From assembly GCA_963754875.1 (NCBI GenBank), contig CAVWHO010000013.1, positions 32,001 through 96,000 on the forward strand: a stretch of DNA of 64,000 nt, given 5' to 3'. The notes under the pieces were generated by a model. The model was not told where the DNA came from. It searched no databases and saw nothing but the letters and a program-made list of their open reading frames with translations. The position numbers and the translations under genes are program-made. Shown piece by piece: positions 1-9,394 of this stretch (the first letter of the stretch is position 1; each line of letters opens with the position of its first letter). The stretch comes from Nitrospirota bacterium. Lineage in GTDB: Bacteria; Nitrospirota; UBA9217.

Positions 1-623
1 GCAGCCGCCCATCGCTGGTGGCTCGTGAGTGCGAACTCGTCCTGTTCACGGCGCGTGATGCCGAAGTCCCGCACCAGCACCTCGGCAGTCTCTCCCATGA
101 TGAGGCCGGAGATGGGATCGGTGAGTCCGTCGATCAAACCGACCACGGGGACGAAGTCCTTCGGCCTGAGCGAGAGGATGGCCTGCGCTTTCGCCCCCAG
201 TGTTTTCGACCGCTGGACCGTCGTAATGACATCGCGAAGTTTCTTCTTTATATAGAAGGAATAGCTGGACATGGACTCCACGCCTGCGACCAGCACGATC
301 CCGCTCATGCCCGCGAGGATCTGCGTGAAGGCGCTTGCCGCGGCCTGCATGCCCGAGGCGCAGTTACGCTGTACGCTGTAGGCCGGGACGCGCTGCGGAA
401 CGTCCGCCCGGAGCGCGATCACCCGTGCGATGTTCGCCGCGTCGGCAGGCATGCCTGCGTTGCCGACGATCACCTCGTCGACAAGCTCCGTGTCGATCCC
501 GGTACGCATGATGACTTCCTTGACGATCGCGGCCCCGAGGTCGACGGGATGGACGTCCTTGAACGCCGAACCGGCTTTTGCGTAAGGAGTGCGGAAACCA
601 TCGATGATGACGACTTCTTTCAT
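1..623 (-). CDS. Thiolase (acetyl-CoA C-acyltransferase), 5' part; runs off the window start
   Basis: Minus-strand translation from ATG 623 gives MKEVVIIDGFRTPYAKAG...VDEVIVGN...ANIARVIAL...VQRNCASGMQA, the thiolase N-terminus with the catalytic Cys. Absent from the ORF track because it is truncated. Confidence 0.9.
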   Translation of the reverse strand, partial: MKEVVIIDGFRTPYAKAGSAFKDVHPVDLGAAIVKEVIMRTGIDTELVDEVIVGNAGMPADAANIARVIALRADVPQRVPAYSVQRNCASGMQAAASAFTQILAGMSGIVLVAGVESMSSYSFYIKKKLRDVITTVQRSKTLGAKAQAILSLRPKDFVPVVGLIDGLTDPISGLIMGETAEVLVRDFGITRREQDEFALTSHQRWAA

Positions 624-665
624 GATGACCTCACGAAGACAATCAAGCTAAAACACGTAAATTAT

Positions 666-814
666 TAACGGCCTCATAATAGAACGAACATCGCCCTCCA
701 ACAAAGCGGTCATTCCAGGCTTGACCTGGAATCCAGTGATTTTTTTGTGTATATTCTGGATTCCTGCTTTCGCAGGAATGACGAACGATAGGGTACATTA
801 TTATGAGACAGTAA
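666..814. repeat. MITE-like element with imperfect terminal inverted repeats enclosing a GTCATTCC...GGAATGAC REP-like palindrome (709-782)
   Basis: Outer ends taacggcctcataat / attatgagacagtaa are inverted. The inner gtcattccaggcttgacctggaatcc...ggattcctgctttcgcaggaatgac recurs at 57851-57922. Confidence 0.65.
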
Positions 815-840
815 GATTAGACCTCGGCGTCCTGCTTACT

Positions 841-2559
841 CTACTTCTTTGCAGTTTGTACTTCCCGTTTTTTCATTTCCTCATCCCGCAGGACACGGCG
901 GAGCACTTTCCCGACCAGGGTCTTCGGAAGTTGGTCGCGGAATTCGATTTCCTTCGGGACTTTGAACTTCGAGAGCTGTTCGCGGCAGTACTGGATGAGT
1001 TCCTCTGCTGTAGCAATCTGGCCCTCCTTCAAAACGATGTACGCCTTGATCTTTTCACCCAGATATTCCTCGTGCGGGAGGCCTACGACCACTGCTTCTT
1101 TCACTTTCGGATGCATGTACAGCACTTCTTCGACCTCACGGGGGTAGACGTTTTCCCCTACGGTTTTGATCATGTCCTTGATGCGGTCGACAATGTAAAA
1201 ATATCCGTCTTCGTCCATTTTTGCGATATCGCCGGTGTGGAGCCAGCCGTTGCGAAGCGTCTGGGCGGTTTCCTCCGGTTTGTTCCAGTAGCCTTTCATT
1301 ACCTGCGGTCCCCTGATGACGAGTTCTCCTGTTTCGCCGACAGGCAGCACCTGCTCGCCCGTATCGAGGTCCACGATGCGGGCTTCCGTGTCCGGCCAGG
1401 GAAGACCGATGCTCCCGATCTTGCGCGTGCCGAAAATAGGATTGGCATGGGTCACCGGCGACGCTTCTGACAGACCGTAGCCTTCCACGATCCGCGCCTT
1501 GGTCAGCCGCTCGAATTGCTCCTGCACCTCGCGCATGAGCGGGCCCGCGCCGCTCAGCGCGGCCTGGAGCGAGGTGAGATCGTATTTTTTGATGCCGGGA
1601 TAATTGCTGATCGCCAGGTACATGGCCTGGATGCCGGGAAAAATCGTTGGGTGATACTTGTTGATGATCCTGATGACCTCTTTCGTGTGGAATTTGGGGA
1701 CCAGGATCATTTCAGCGCCGATCAGCACGCCGAGGTTCATGGCCGTGGTCATGCCGTAAACGTGGAAGAAGGGGATGGCTCCAAGGACGATCTCCTTGCC
1801 TTCCTGCACATGGGAGAACCACGCCCTGGCCTGCGTTGCATTCACTATGAGATTCCGGTGTGTCAGGACCGCACCTTTGGGAACGCCCGTTGTCCCTCCC
1901 GTGTATTGCAGCAGCGCTGTATCGGTCGGAGCCACGTCAGCGGCTGGCGGCGTCGACGGTGCGTGTTGGATCATTTTTCGGAAATCATATAACGGTGCTC
2001 TGCGCCTGACGCTGACCCATTGTTTTTCGATCCGCGCTTTGAGCGGGTACAAAACATTCAACGGGAAGGGGAGAAAGTCTTTGATGCCGCAGAGAACCAC
2101 GTGTTTCACCTTCGTACGCGGCAGGACGTGGGAAATGACGGGATAAAACATGTCGACCGCAACAAGTGTCTCGGCCCCGCTGTCCTTGAGCTGGATCTCG
2201 AGTTCGTGCTCATGATACAGTGGGTTCGTCGGTACGGCCACGCCGCCGATGCGCAGTGTGCCGTAATACGCGATCACCATCTGCGGAATGTTGGGGAGCA
2301 TAAGCGCCACGCGGTCCCCCTTCCGAATTCCCAAATCAATGAGTGCGTGGGCAAATTGGTTTATCAGAGCATCCAGTTCTAGGTAGGTGATTTTCTTTCC
2401 GTAAAACAAGAGCGCTGTGTGATGTGGATATTTTCCAGCGGTCCGGGAAAGGACATTCCCGAGGGTAATTTCGGGGTAGGTAAGAGATGGTGCTACGCCG
2501 GCCTCGTAAAATTTCAGCCACGGACGTTCGTTATTTTTGTCTGTCATGACGGCAGCCAT
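841..2559 (-). CDS. fadD: Long-chain-fatty-acid--CoA ligase
   Basis: Motifs YTGGTTGVPKG, EGYGLSEASP, GWLHTGD and LPKTLVGKVLRR. Confidence 0.9.
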   Translation of the reverse strand: MAAVMTDKNNERPWLKFYEAGVAPSLTYPEITLGNVLSRTAGKYPHHTALLFYGKKITYLELDALINQFAHALIDLGIRKGDRVALMLPNIPQMVIAYYGTLRIGGVAVPTNPLYHEHELEIQLKDSGAETLVAVDMFYPVISHVLPRTKVKHVVLCGIKDFLPFPLNVLYPLKARIEKQWVSVRRRAPLYDFRKMIQHAPSTPPAADVAPTDTALLQYTGGTTGVPKGAVLTHRNLIVNATQARAWFSHVQEGKEIVLGAIPFFHVYGMTTAMNLGVLIGAEMILVPKFHTKEVIRIINKYHPTIFPGIQAMYLAISNYPGIKKYDLTSLQAALSGAGPLMREVQEQFERLTKARIVEGYGLSEASPVTHANPIFGTRKIGSIGLPWPDTEARIVDLDTGEQVLPVGETGELVIRGPQVMKGYWNKPEETAQTLRNGWLHTGDIAKMDEDGYFYIVDRIKDMIKTVGENVYPREVEEVLYMHPKVKEAVVVGLPHEEYLGEKIKAYIVLKEGQIATAEELIQYCREQLSKFKVPKEIEFRDQLPKTLVGKVLRRVLRDEEMKKREVQTAKK

Positions 2560-2788
2560 AGATGAAACCTCCCCTTTCAGTTCAATGGCACCTCCGCTTC
2601 AGTATCTTCGCTCTGGTGTATTTCAGACTGAAATCATCTTTCATGATTTCTAGTACTATTATACCACAGCGGGGAAGGCATATATTTTCTGCGAAAGACA
2701 GCTGTCGCACCGGTGACGCTCATCATTTTTTCCGGGAGTCAACCATTGAGGCATGAAGAAAGAAAGAGTCCTGTTGCCTCTGCTGTTG

Positions 2789-4042
2789 TCAGTGCTGACG
2801 TGCTTTCGAGTGAAATCGTCGATTTCTGCTGAAAGGAGAAGGGTTCTGCCGCTGAAGTGCGGAAGCACGCTGTTTTTCTTCCGCAGACCGCCTGATTTCC
2901 TTGATATACATCGTATCCTCCGCCCATTCCACGGGGATCTTCTGGCCGATGTATTTTTCGATGTCTTCGAGGGAAAAGACGTACTCCTCATCAGCGAGAC
3001 TGAGCGCCTTGCCGGTTGCCCCGGCGCGGCCGGTGCGGCCGATCCGGTGTACGTAGTCTTCAGCGTCCTGCGGTAAATCGTAATTGATGACATGCGTAAC
3101 AGCTTCCACGTGGATGCCCCGGCTGGCAACGTCGGTTGCCACGAGCACGGGCAGTTTCCCCTCTTTGAATTCCGCAAGGAGCCGGAGCCGTTTCTTCTGA
3201 ATGATGTCTCCGGTGATTGCGTCGGCTTTCCAGCCGTTGCGGTTCAGACGTTCGACGACCATATCGGCAGCGCGCCGGGTGTTGACGAAGATGAGCGTAC
3301 GGAGGGGCTGTTCTTTCTTGAGGATGCCGAGCAGGAGCGGGAGCTTCTCGTGTTTGCCGACATGATACAGGACCTGCTCGACCTGTTCAACCGTGATTTT
3401 CTCGGGCGTAATCGATATCTTTTCCGGAAGGTTCATGTGCTCGTAGGCGAGTTCCATGACCCGGTAGGAGAGCGTCGCGGAGAAGAGCATGGACTGGCGT
3501 TTGGTGTAGGGAGGCATTTTCTTGATGAGATACCGCAGGTCGTCGATGAACCCCATGTCGAACATGCGGTCCGCTTCATCAATGATCAGGTACCGGCTTT
3601 TCTTCAGGCTGTATACATGCTGCTTAAAATAGTCGATGAGTCTCCCCGGCGTGCCGATGAGTACGTCGACGCCCTTCTGCAGGATGTCCATCTGTTTCTG
3701 ATAATCGATGCCGCCGTACACGGCGAGGCAGCGAAAGCCCGTGAACTTGCCGAGCCGCTCGGCCTCATGAAATATCTGATCCGCAAGTTCGCGCGTCGGC
3801 GCTATGATGAGGGCCTGGGGAGAGTTCCCCAAATCGGTCGCCGGATTTCTTTCCATCCGTGTGAAGAGAGAAATAAGAAAGGCCGCGGTTTTGCCCGTCC
3901 CCGTCTGTGCCTGCGCGGCCACATCTTCACCCCGGACCGCCCGGGGGATCACAGCCTCTTGCACCGCTGTACATGCCGTGAAACCGGAGTGCTCGATACC
4001 TTGCATTATTTCAAAGGGCAGATCCAACTCACTAAAGTTCAT
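2789..4042 (-). CDS. rhlB: DEAD-box RNA helicase, RhlB-like
   Basis: Motifs AQTGTGKT, PTRELA, DEAD, SAT and YVHRIGRTGRAG. Confidence 0.85.
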   Translation of the reverse strand: MNFSELDLPFEIMQGIEHSGFTACTAVQEAVIPRAVRGEDVAAQAQTGTGKTAAFLISLFTRMERNPATDLGNSPQALIIAPTRELADQIFHEAERLGKFTGFRCLAVYGGIDYQKQMDILQKGVDVLIGTPGRLIDYFKQHVYSLKKSRYLIIDEADRMFDMGFIDDLRYLIKKMPPYTKRQSMLFSATLSYRVMELAYEHMNLPEKISITPEKITVEQVEQVLYHVGKHEKLPLLLGILKKEQPLRTLIFVNTRRAADMVVERLNRNGWKADAITGDIIQKKRLRLLAEFKEGKLPVLVATDVASRGIHVEAVTHVINYDLPQDAEDYVHRIGRTGRAGATGKALSLADEEYVFSLEDIEKYIGQKIPVEWAEDTMYIKEIRRSAEEKQRASALQRQNPSPFSRNRRFHSKARQH

Positions 4043-4576
4043 ACATCTCCGTTTCTGAAGGAAGACAATTTGTCAACAAATTATTCACTGTAGTATACCA
4101 TAAGTGCCGGAGCGAACGAAAGTAAAATAATGAAAGGGACGTCGAAAGGTCATCACCGTCATTCGCCGGGTTTGACTATTTAAACTCATCTTTACCTCAA
4201 AATGATCGGCATCATACAGAGAGGATAAAATTAATCCTCAATGTGCGTGAATGATGCTTGCGATTTTCGGCGTGCGGGTGAACGGAGAATCACCGGCTGT
4301 TTATGCGGTCAATATCGTCATATCGCACCAGGAGGGGGGATGCGAGGCGTTATCTCGATTTATAATCAGCGCCGCAGACGCCAGGAACAGCAAGAGCTAT
4401 GCACCATAAAAAGTGGTTATTTAGAGTGTAAAACATTAATTTTTTGTACCTATTTTACAAGATGTGAATTCAAGTGTTGATAAATTGTCTAACGTTATGA
4501 AAGATAATTTTTTTTATTTTCTTGTTGACAAATAATACACTCTTGTTGTATATTTGTCCACGAGGAGAAAACAAAC

Positions 4577-5143
4577 GTGCTGACAAAACTCTTCTCTTCC
4601 ACAAGAGCGGAGCTTTTAGGCCTGTTCTTTAATAATCCGGATGACCGCTTCTATTTGAGAGAGATAGCCCGCCACATCGGCAAAGATGCGGCAGGGATCA
4701 AACGGGAACTGGACAACCTGGTCAAGATGGGGCTTCTGGCAAGGGAGAAGCGGGGTGTTCAGAAATACTACTTTGCGAACAAGAACTCGCCCATCTTTTC
4801 TGAAATGAAGGGGTTGATCTTCAAAACCACCGGCGTCCAGGGCGCGATGAAAGCGTCGCTTTCCCGGCTAAAAGGCGTTCAGGTTGCATTAATTTACGGT
4901 TCCTATGCAAAGGGCGCTGAAAAAGAAGACAGCAATATAAATCTGATGGTAATCGGCCAGGCGAACATCACGGAGTTGAACGACACGGTGATGGGGCTGG
5001 AAGAAAAATTGAAGCGTGACATCGATTACCTGGTGTTCGACGAGCAGGAATACCGGAAGCGCAAGGAATCGAAAGATCCGTTCATCCGGGAGATATTAAA
5101 AGGCAAAAAGATTTTCCTGGCAGGCAGGGAAGATGACATATGA
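4577..5143 (+). CDS. wHTH plus minimal nucleotidyltransferase (MNT) domain protein; DxD motif replaced by NxN
   Basis: N-terminal HTH (YLREIARHIG...IKRELDNL) and MNT motif YGSYAKG...DSNINLMVIG. Overlaps the downstream HEPN gene. Confidence 0.8.
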   Translation: MLTKLFSSTRAELLGLFFNNPDDRFYLREIARHIGKDAAGIKRELDNLVKMGLLAREKRGVQKYYFANKNSPIFSEMKGLIFKTTGVQGAMKASLSRLKGVQVALIYGSYAKGAEKEDSNINLMVIGQANITELNDTVMGLEEKLKRDIDYLVFDEQEYRKRKESKDPFIREILKGKKIFLAGREDDI

Positions 5144-5618
5144 ATCGCTAAAAGAAATGGGCATCGTTGAGGAACGGGCTGCTGAGATCACGGAGATTAT
5201 CGCTCTCGTGACCAGGGCGGAACGAGATCTGTCAACGAGCAAGATCCTGGAGGACAAGGATGAGGAGTGGGCATTTGCCGCAGCGTATTTAGCCATGGTC
5301 CGGTCGGCAAGAGCTCTCATCCTATCCGAGGGCCTTCGCCCCAAAGGGGTTCGCGGAAGAGACGCTCAGAAAACGGTAGTGACGGCTGCAGGAGTCATTC
5401 TCGGCGGCCACTATAAAAGCCTGATCAATAAGTTCGATCGCATGAGAAGAAAATATCAGAGTTTCATGGAAGAGGCCGGTCGTATGATCTCCCAGTATGA
5501 AGCTGGACAGGCCATTAAGGACGCAGCTGAATTCATCGAACTGGTAAACGGGAGAATCCGGGAAAAATACTCACAGATGTCACTGCTGAATGATGTTCCT
5601 CAGCTTGTTTCAAGATAA
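5133..5618 (+). CDS. HEPN-domain protein with a degenerate RxxxxH motif
   Basis: RAERDLSTSK...WAFAAAYLAMVRSARALIL...FDRMRRKYQSFMEE...AIKDAAEFI follows the HEPN pattern. Paired with the MNT gene. Confidence 0.75.
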   Translation: MTYESLKEMGIVEERAAEITEIIALVTRAERDLSTSKILEDKDEEWAFAAAYLAMVRSARALILSEGLRPKGVRGRDAQKTVVTAAGVILGGHYKSLINKFDRMRRKYQSFMEEAGRMISQYEAGQAIKDAAEFIELVNGRIREKYSQMSLLNDVPQLVSR

Positions 5619-5666
5619 GGCCGCTTAAGGTCAAAACGCGGTATGCCGAAAGGGGGTGGAAAACTA

Positions 5667-5729
5667 ATGGCAGCCAAGAAAAAAGCGAAGAAGAAGGCAA
5701 CCAAGAAGAAAGCCACCAAAAAGAAGTAG
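5667..5729 (+). CDS. 20-aa Lys/Ala-rich basic peptide MAAKKKAKKKATKKKATKKK
   Basis: Strong SD (gaaagggggtgg) upstream, clean short ORF, downstream GC hairpin at 5762-5787. Confidence 0.7.
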   Translation: MAAKKKAKKKATKKKATKKK

Positions 5730-5761
5730 TTTTTATTCCATAGTGTCCCTGCAGTGGGGCC

Positions 5762-5787
5762 CGCCGGGGGCATTCGCGCCCCCGGCG
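5762..5787 (+). terminator. GC-rich hairpin between the two basic peptide ORFs
   Basis: cgccgggggc-attcgc-gcccccggcg, with only a weak U tail. Confidence 0.5.
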
Positions 5788-5883
5788 TATTTCAAGACCG
5801 GCTCACGTCGTACCATTTAGAGAGTGTTATTATTCATTGTTGTTCATCCGAATATTCCGCTGAGGAAAGGGGGTGAGGTATTC

Positions 5884-5943
5884 ATGGCGACAAAGAAAAA
5901 GGCCCCGGCAAAAAAGGCAAAAAAGACCACCAAAAAGAAATAA
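5884..5943 (+). CDS. 19-aa Lys/Ala-rich basic peptide MATKKKAPAKKAKKTTKKK
   Basis: Strong SD (gaaagggggtgagg). Similar to the 5667-5729 peptide. Confidence 0.7.
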   Translation: MATKKKAPAKKAKKTTKKK

Positions 5944-5989
5944 CCAGTGTGCAACGATGACGTACCTCGATAGTGCCATCTGCAACTCT

Positions 5990-6021
5990 ACCACGAAGCC
6001 GGTCTTCGTGGTTTTGTTTTT
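5990..6021 (+). terminator. Intrinsic terminator
   Basis: accacgaag-ccggt-cttcgtggt followed by a T-rich tail. Confidence 0.7.
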
Positions 6022-6080
6022 AGAAAACCTTTTCCATTTCAGCCGGCCCGGTCAGGATGTGGCCAACGAGACGAAGAATT

Positions 6081-6407
6081 ATGCGTAAACGGAATACTCT
6101 GAAATCTGATAGAAATTTCCGGAGTTTTTACCGCAGGAAACTTATCGTTGCCGCCGGAATCCTTTTCGCTCTGTATCTCATTGCAAACTTCATGTTTGGT
6201 GAAATGGGCGTGATCAAATACTATCGGATGAAGACGCAATATAATACCCTCACGAGAGACATCGCAACGCTCAAACAGGACAATGCAAAACTTGCGCGGG
6301 AGGTCCGCGCCTTGAAGACCGATCCCGACCATCTTGAGCAGATTGCCCGGGATAAACTCGGACTTGCGCGTCAAGGGGAGATAGTGTACTATTATGGCGA
6401 GCCCTGA
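6081..6407 (+). CDS. ftsB: Septum formation initiator (FtsB/DivIC family)
   Basis: One TM helix, GEMG, a coiled coil and EQIARDKLGLARQGEIVY. Confidence 0.85.
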   Translation: MRKRNTLKSDRNFRSFYRRKLIVAAGILFALYLIANFMFGEMGVIKYYRMKTQYNTLTRDIATLKQDNAKLAREVRALKTDPDHLEQIARDKLGLARQGEIVYYYGEP

Positions 6408-6541
6408 GAGCAGGCAAACTGGACTGCTCAAGCAAGGGTCCTCGTGCCGAATCGCTGAAATTTTACGGTATTGATGCATTTCAGCTGTGTGCAAAGAGGA
6501 AGAAATGCAGGGATGAGAAGATCGGTCTCGTCCTCATCACC

Positions 6542-8746
6542 ATGTCGAATGATCCTCTCTCCATAGCCTTTGTATGGCACATGCATCAGCCCTACTACAA
6601 GGACGACATTACCGGCTCCTATATTCTTCCCTGGGTCAGGATGCACGGGATCAAGGATTACTATGACATGCCCGCGCTGTTGACCGACTTTCCCGACATT
6701 CACCAGACGTTCAACCTCGTTCCCTCGCTGCTCAAGCAAATCCGTGATTACGTCGAGAACCATGCTGATGACAAATTCCTGGCCCTGACGCTCAAGCCCG
6801 CTGCGGAACTTGACCAGGGGGATAAACTGTTCCTGCTCAAAAACTCCTTCATGGCGAACTGGGACACCATGGTCAGACCTTATCCGTCGTACTGGATGCT
6901 GCTTGACCGCAGGGGCTACAGCGTTTCTCCCAACGATCTCGAAAATGCCACGCGGTATTTTACGACCCAGGATTATCTGGACTTGCAGGTCTGGTTCAAT
7001 CTGGCCTGGTTTGATCCCCTGTTCAAACAGACCGACCCGTTTCTCAAAGGCTTGATCCGGAAAGGCTCTGGTTTTTCCGAGAACGAAAAGACGCTCCTCA
7101 TTCAGAAACAGCGCGAGGTTATGGCACTGATCATACCGGTCTACAAGCAGTTGGCAGAGCTGGGCAGGATCGAGTTGACGACCACGCCTTTCTATCATCC
7201 GATTCTCCCGCTCCTGTTCGATACCGACCTTGCAAAGGTGGCTGTGCCCGACATCCGCCTGCCGGCAAAACGGTTTGCCCACCCCGAGGACGCCAAGGCC
7301 CAGGTCGACCGCGCGCTTGTCTATCACGAGAAACTGTTCGGCGCACGTCCGTCCGGAATGTGGCCGGCCGAGGGTTCGGTCGCCGAAGAAATTATTCCTC
7401 TTCTTGCTGATTCCGGAATCAAGTGGATCGGTTCGGATGAAGGGGTCCTGAGCCGCTCACTCGGCATCCATATCGATCGGGACTTTGCCGGCGTAATGAG
7501 GAACCCCGACGTGCTTTACAAACCTTATCTTGCCGGCAAGGGGGATAAACGCGTCTCGATTGTGTTCCGCGATCATACTCTGTCCGATCTTATCGGGTTC
7601 GTCTATTCCAAGTGGGACTACAAAAACGCGGTCCATGATCTTATTGACCGGCTCCACCGGGTCCGAAAAGGACTTTCCGACGGCCCTCATCTCGTGTCGA
7701 TCATTCTTGACGGCGAGAACGCCTGGGAATACTATCAGAACGATGGCAGGGATTTTTTCCTCTATCTCTACGAACGCTTGAGCGGGGAGCAGGGGCTTCG
7801 GTGCGTGACGGTAGGGGAATATCTCCGGGAGCATCCTGCGCAGGCCGTTATTGACCGGCTCCACGCGGGGTCATGGATAAACGCGAACTACCGCATCTGG
7901 ATCGGGCATGAAGAAGACAATCGGGCGTGGGACCTTCTCGCTCAAACGCGCGAGGCCCTGACGGACTATGCAAGCGGAAACGCGGACCCCGAGAAACTGG
8001 CGAAGGCCTGGGAAGAGATCTATATCGCCGAGGGGAGCGACTGGTGCTGGTGGTACGGGGACGACCATTATTCCGAGAATGACGAGGAGTTTGACCTGCT
8101 CTTCAGGACGCACCTGATGAACGTTTACCGGATCATCGGTCTCGATGTTCCCGACGAACTCCAGATATCCATTTTGCGCGAGGACCGGCAGACGCTGCCC
8201 ACGGTCGAGCTTACGGCCTTCATTTCTCCGACGATCGACGGCCAGGTGACGAATTATTTCGAATGGCTCCCGGCCGGCTTCTATGATGTAAGCCAGGGCG
8301 GCGGAGCGATGCATCGGGGGGCGTCGATCATAACACACATCTATTACGGGTTCGACCTCAAGAACATGTTCCTCCGTATCGATCCGAGCGGGAGCCTGAA
8401 GGACGAAAAGGTCTCCGAGCTTGCGTTCTTCGTCAATTTTCTGAATCCGAAAAATATGGATGTGGAAATCCGCGTCTCGCCCCAGGAACGGCGCGTGAGT
8501 GCAACGCTCTTCCGCGGGGACAGCGAAAATCGTCAACAGGCGGCCGCGATCAACACCGTTGCAGCCAATGATATCATTGAACTCGCCGTTCCCTTCGAGT
8601 TGCTGGGGGTCAAGCAGAACGATGAGCTCCAGATCTTTGTAACGGTAGAGCGTTCGGGGTCTGAAATCGAGAAGTGGCCTTACCGCGGCTACATTCAGTT
8701 TAAAGTGCCGACCGATGATTTCGAGGCAATGATGTGGCAGGTGTAG
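6542..8746 (+). CDS. Glycoside hydrolase family 57 (amylopullulanase-like)
   Basis: Motifs WHMHQP, HPILPL, GMWPAEGS, DGENAWE and AEGSDWCWW. Confidence 0.92.
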   Translation: MSNDPLSIAFVWHMHQPYYKDDITGSYILPWVRMHGIKDYYDMPALLTDFPDIHQTFNLVPSLLKQIRDYVENHADDKFLALTLKPAAELDQGDKLFLLKNSFMANWDTMVRPYPSYWMLLDRRGYSVSPNDLENATRYFTTQDYLDLQVWFNLAWFDPLFKQTDPFLKGLIRKGSGFSENEKTLLIQKQREVMALIIPVYKQLAELGRIELTTTPFYHPILPLLFDTDLAKVAVPDIRLPAKRFAHPEDAKAQVDRALVYHEKLFGARPSGMWPAEGSVAEEIIPLLADSGIKWIGSDEGVLSRSLGIHIDRDFAGVMRNPDVLYKPYLAGKGDKRVSIVFRDHTLSDLIGFVYSKWDYKNAVHDLIDRLHRVRKGLSDGPHLVSIILDGENAWEYYQNDGRDFFLYLYERLSGEQGLRCVTVGEYLREHPAQAVIDRLHAGSWINANYRIWIGHEEDNRAWDLLAQTREALTDYASGNADPEKLAKAWEEIYIAEGSDWCWWYGDDHYSENDEEFDLLFRTHLMNVYRIIGLDVPDELQISILREDRQTLPTVELTAFISPTIDGQVTNYFEWLPAGFYDVSQGGGAMHRGASIITHIYYGFDLKNMFLRIDPSGSLKDEKVSELAFFVNFLNPKNMDVEIRVSPQERRVSATLFRGDSENRQQAAAINTVAANDIIELAVPFELLGVKQNDELQIFVTVERSGSEIEKWPYRGYIQFKVPTDDFEAMMWQV

Positions 8747-8784
8747 CAATCCCACCCCGCATCCGCGTTTGATACAGTTGAAGT

Positions 8785-8816
8785 AAAAAAAGGCGCCCTT
8801 TTCAGGGCGCCTTTTT
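8785..8816. terminator. Bidirectional intrinsic terminator
   Basis: aaaaaaaggcgccc-ttttca-gggcgccttttt. Confidence 0.8.
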
Positions 8817-8819
8817 ATA

Positions 8820-9374
8820 AAAACATCCTGAAATACCCAGCAGCTCTGCTGCTGGGATGAAAAGGATATCCTGACGAAGTCAGGATGAGAATCTGTTACA
8901 ATACGGGCCATGAGCCCATTGAGAAGAAGCAAACATAGCGTCTATGATCTGAAGTACCATTTTGTATGGATACCAAAATATCGAAGGAAGCTGTTCAGCG
9001 ATCGAATGACGACGAGACTGAAAGAGATATTTCGTGAGATCGCAGAGCGATATGAATTTGAAATAGATACGATGGAAGCAATGGATGATCATGTGCATTT
9101 GTTTTTGGTTGTGCCACCGAAGTATGCTCCAGCGAGGGTAGTACAGATAATCAAAAGCATATCGGCAAAGATGATGTTTCGAGAATTCCCCGAGATAAAG
9201 AAAAAACTTTGGGGAGGAGAACTCTGGAATGACGGCTACTTTGTCCGTTCGGTTGGCGACAAAGTAACGGCAGAAGTTATAAGAAAGTATATTCGGTATC
9301 AGCATGATGAGCAAGTTGGCTTTAGGTTCTAGCGCATTTAGGATGCCCCGCAGCTCTGCTGCGGGGTAATTCAC
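8820..9374 (+). mobile_element. IS200-type element (tnpA only); ends approximate
   Basis: Y1 transposase flanked by near-identical subterminal hairpins cccagcagctctgctgctggg (8836-8856) and ccccgcagctctgctgcgggg (9346-9366). Confidence 0.85.
8910..9332 (+). CDS. tnpA: IS200/IS605 family HUH (Y1) transposase
   Basis: YHFVWIPKYRR, DHVHL (HUH), LWNDGYF and IRKYIRYQ. Confidence 0.95.
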   Translation: MSPLRRSKHSVYDLKYHFVWIPKYRRKLFSDRMTTRLKEIFREIAERYEFEIDTMEAMDDHVHLFLVVPPKYAPARVVQIIKSISAKMMFREFPEIKKKLWGGELWNDGYFVRSVGDKVTAEVIRKYIRYQHDEQVGFRF

Positions 9375-9394
9375 TGGAGATTTGATGCTCCTTC

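Noticed and set aside
18..668. 216-aa + strand ORF, and similar long antisense ORFs such as 15819-17873, 7871-8932 and 62536-63777
   Set aside because: These are shadows of well-supported genes on the opposite strand (thiolase, ppdK, GH57, nagZ).
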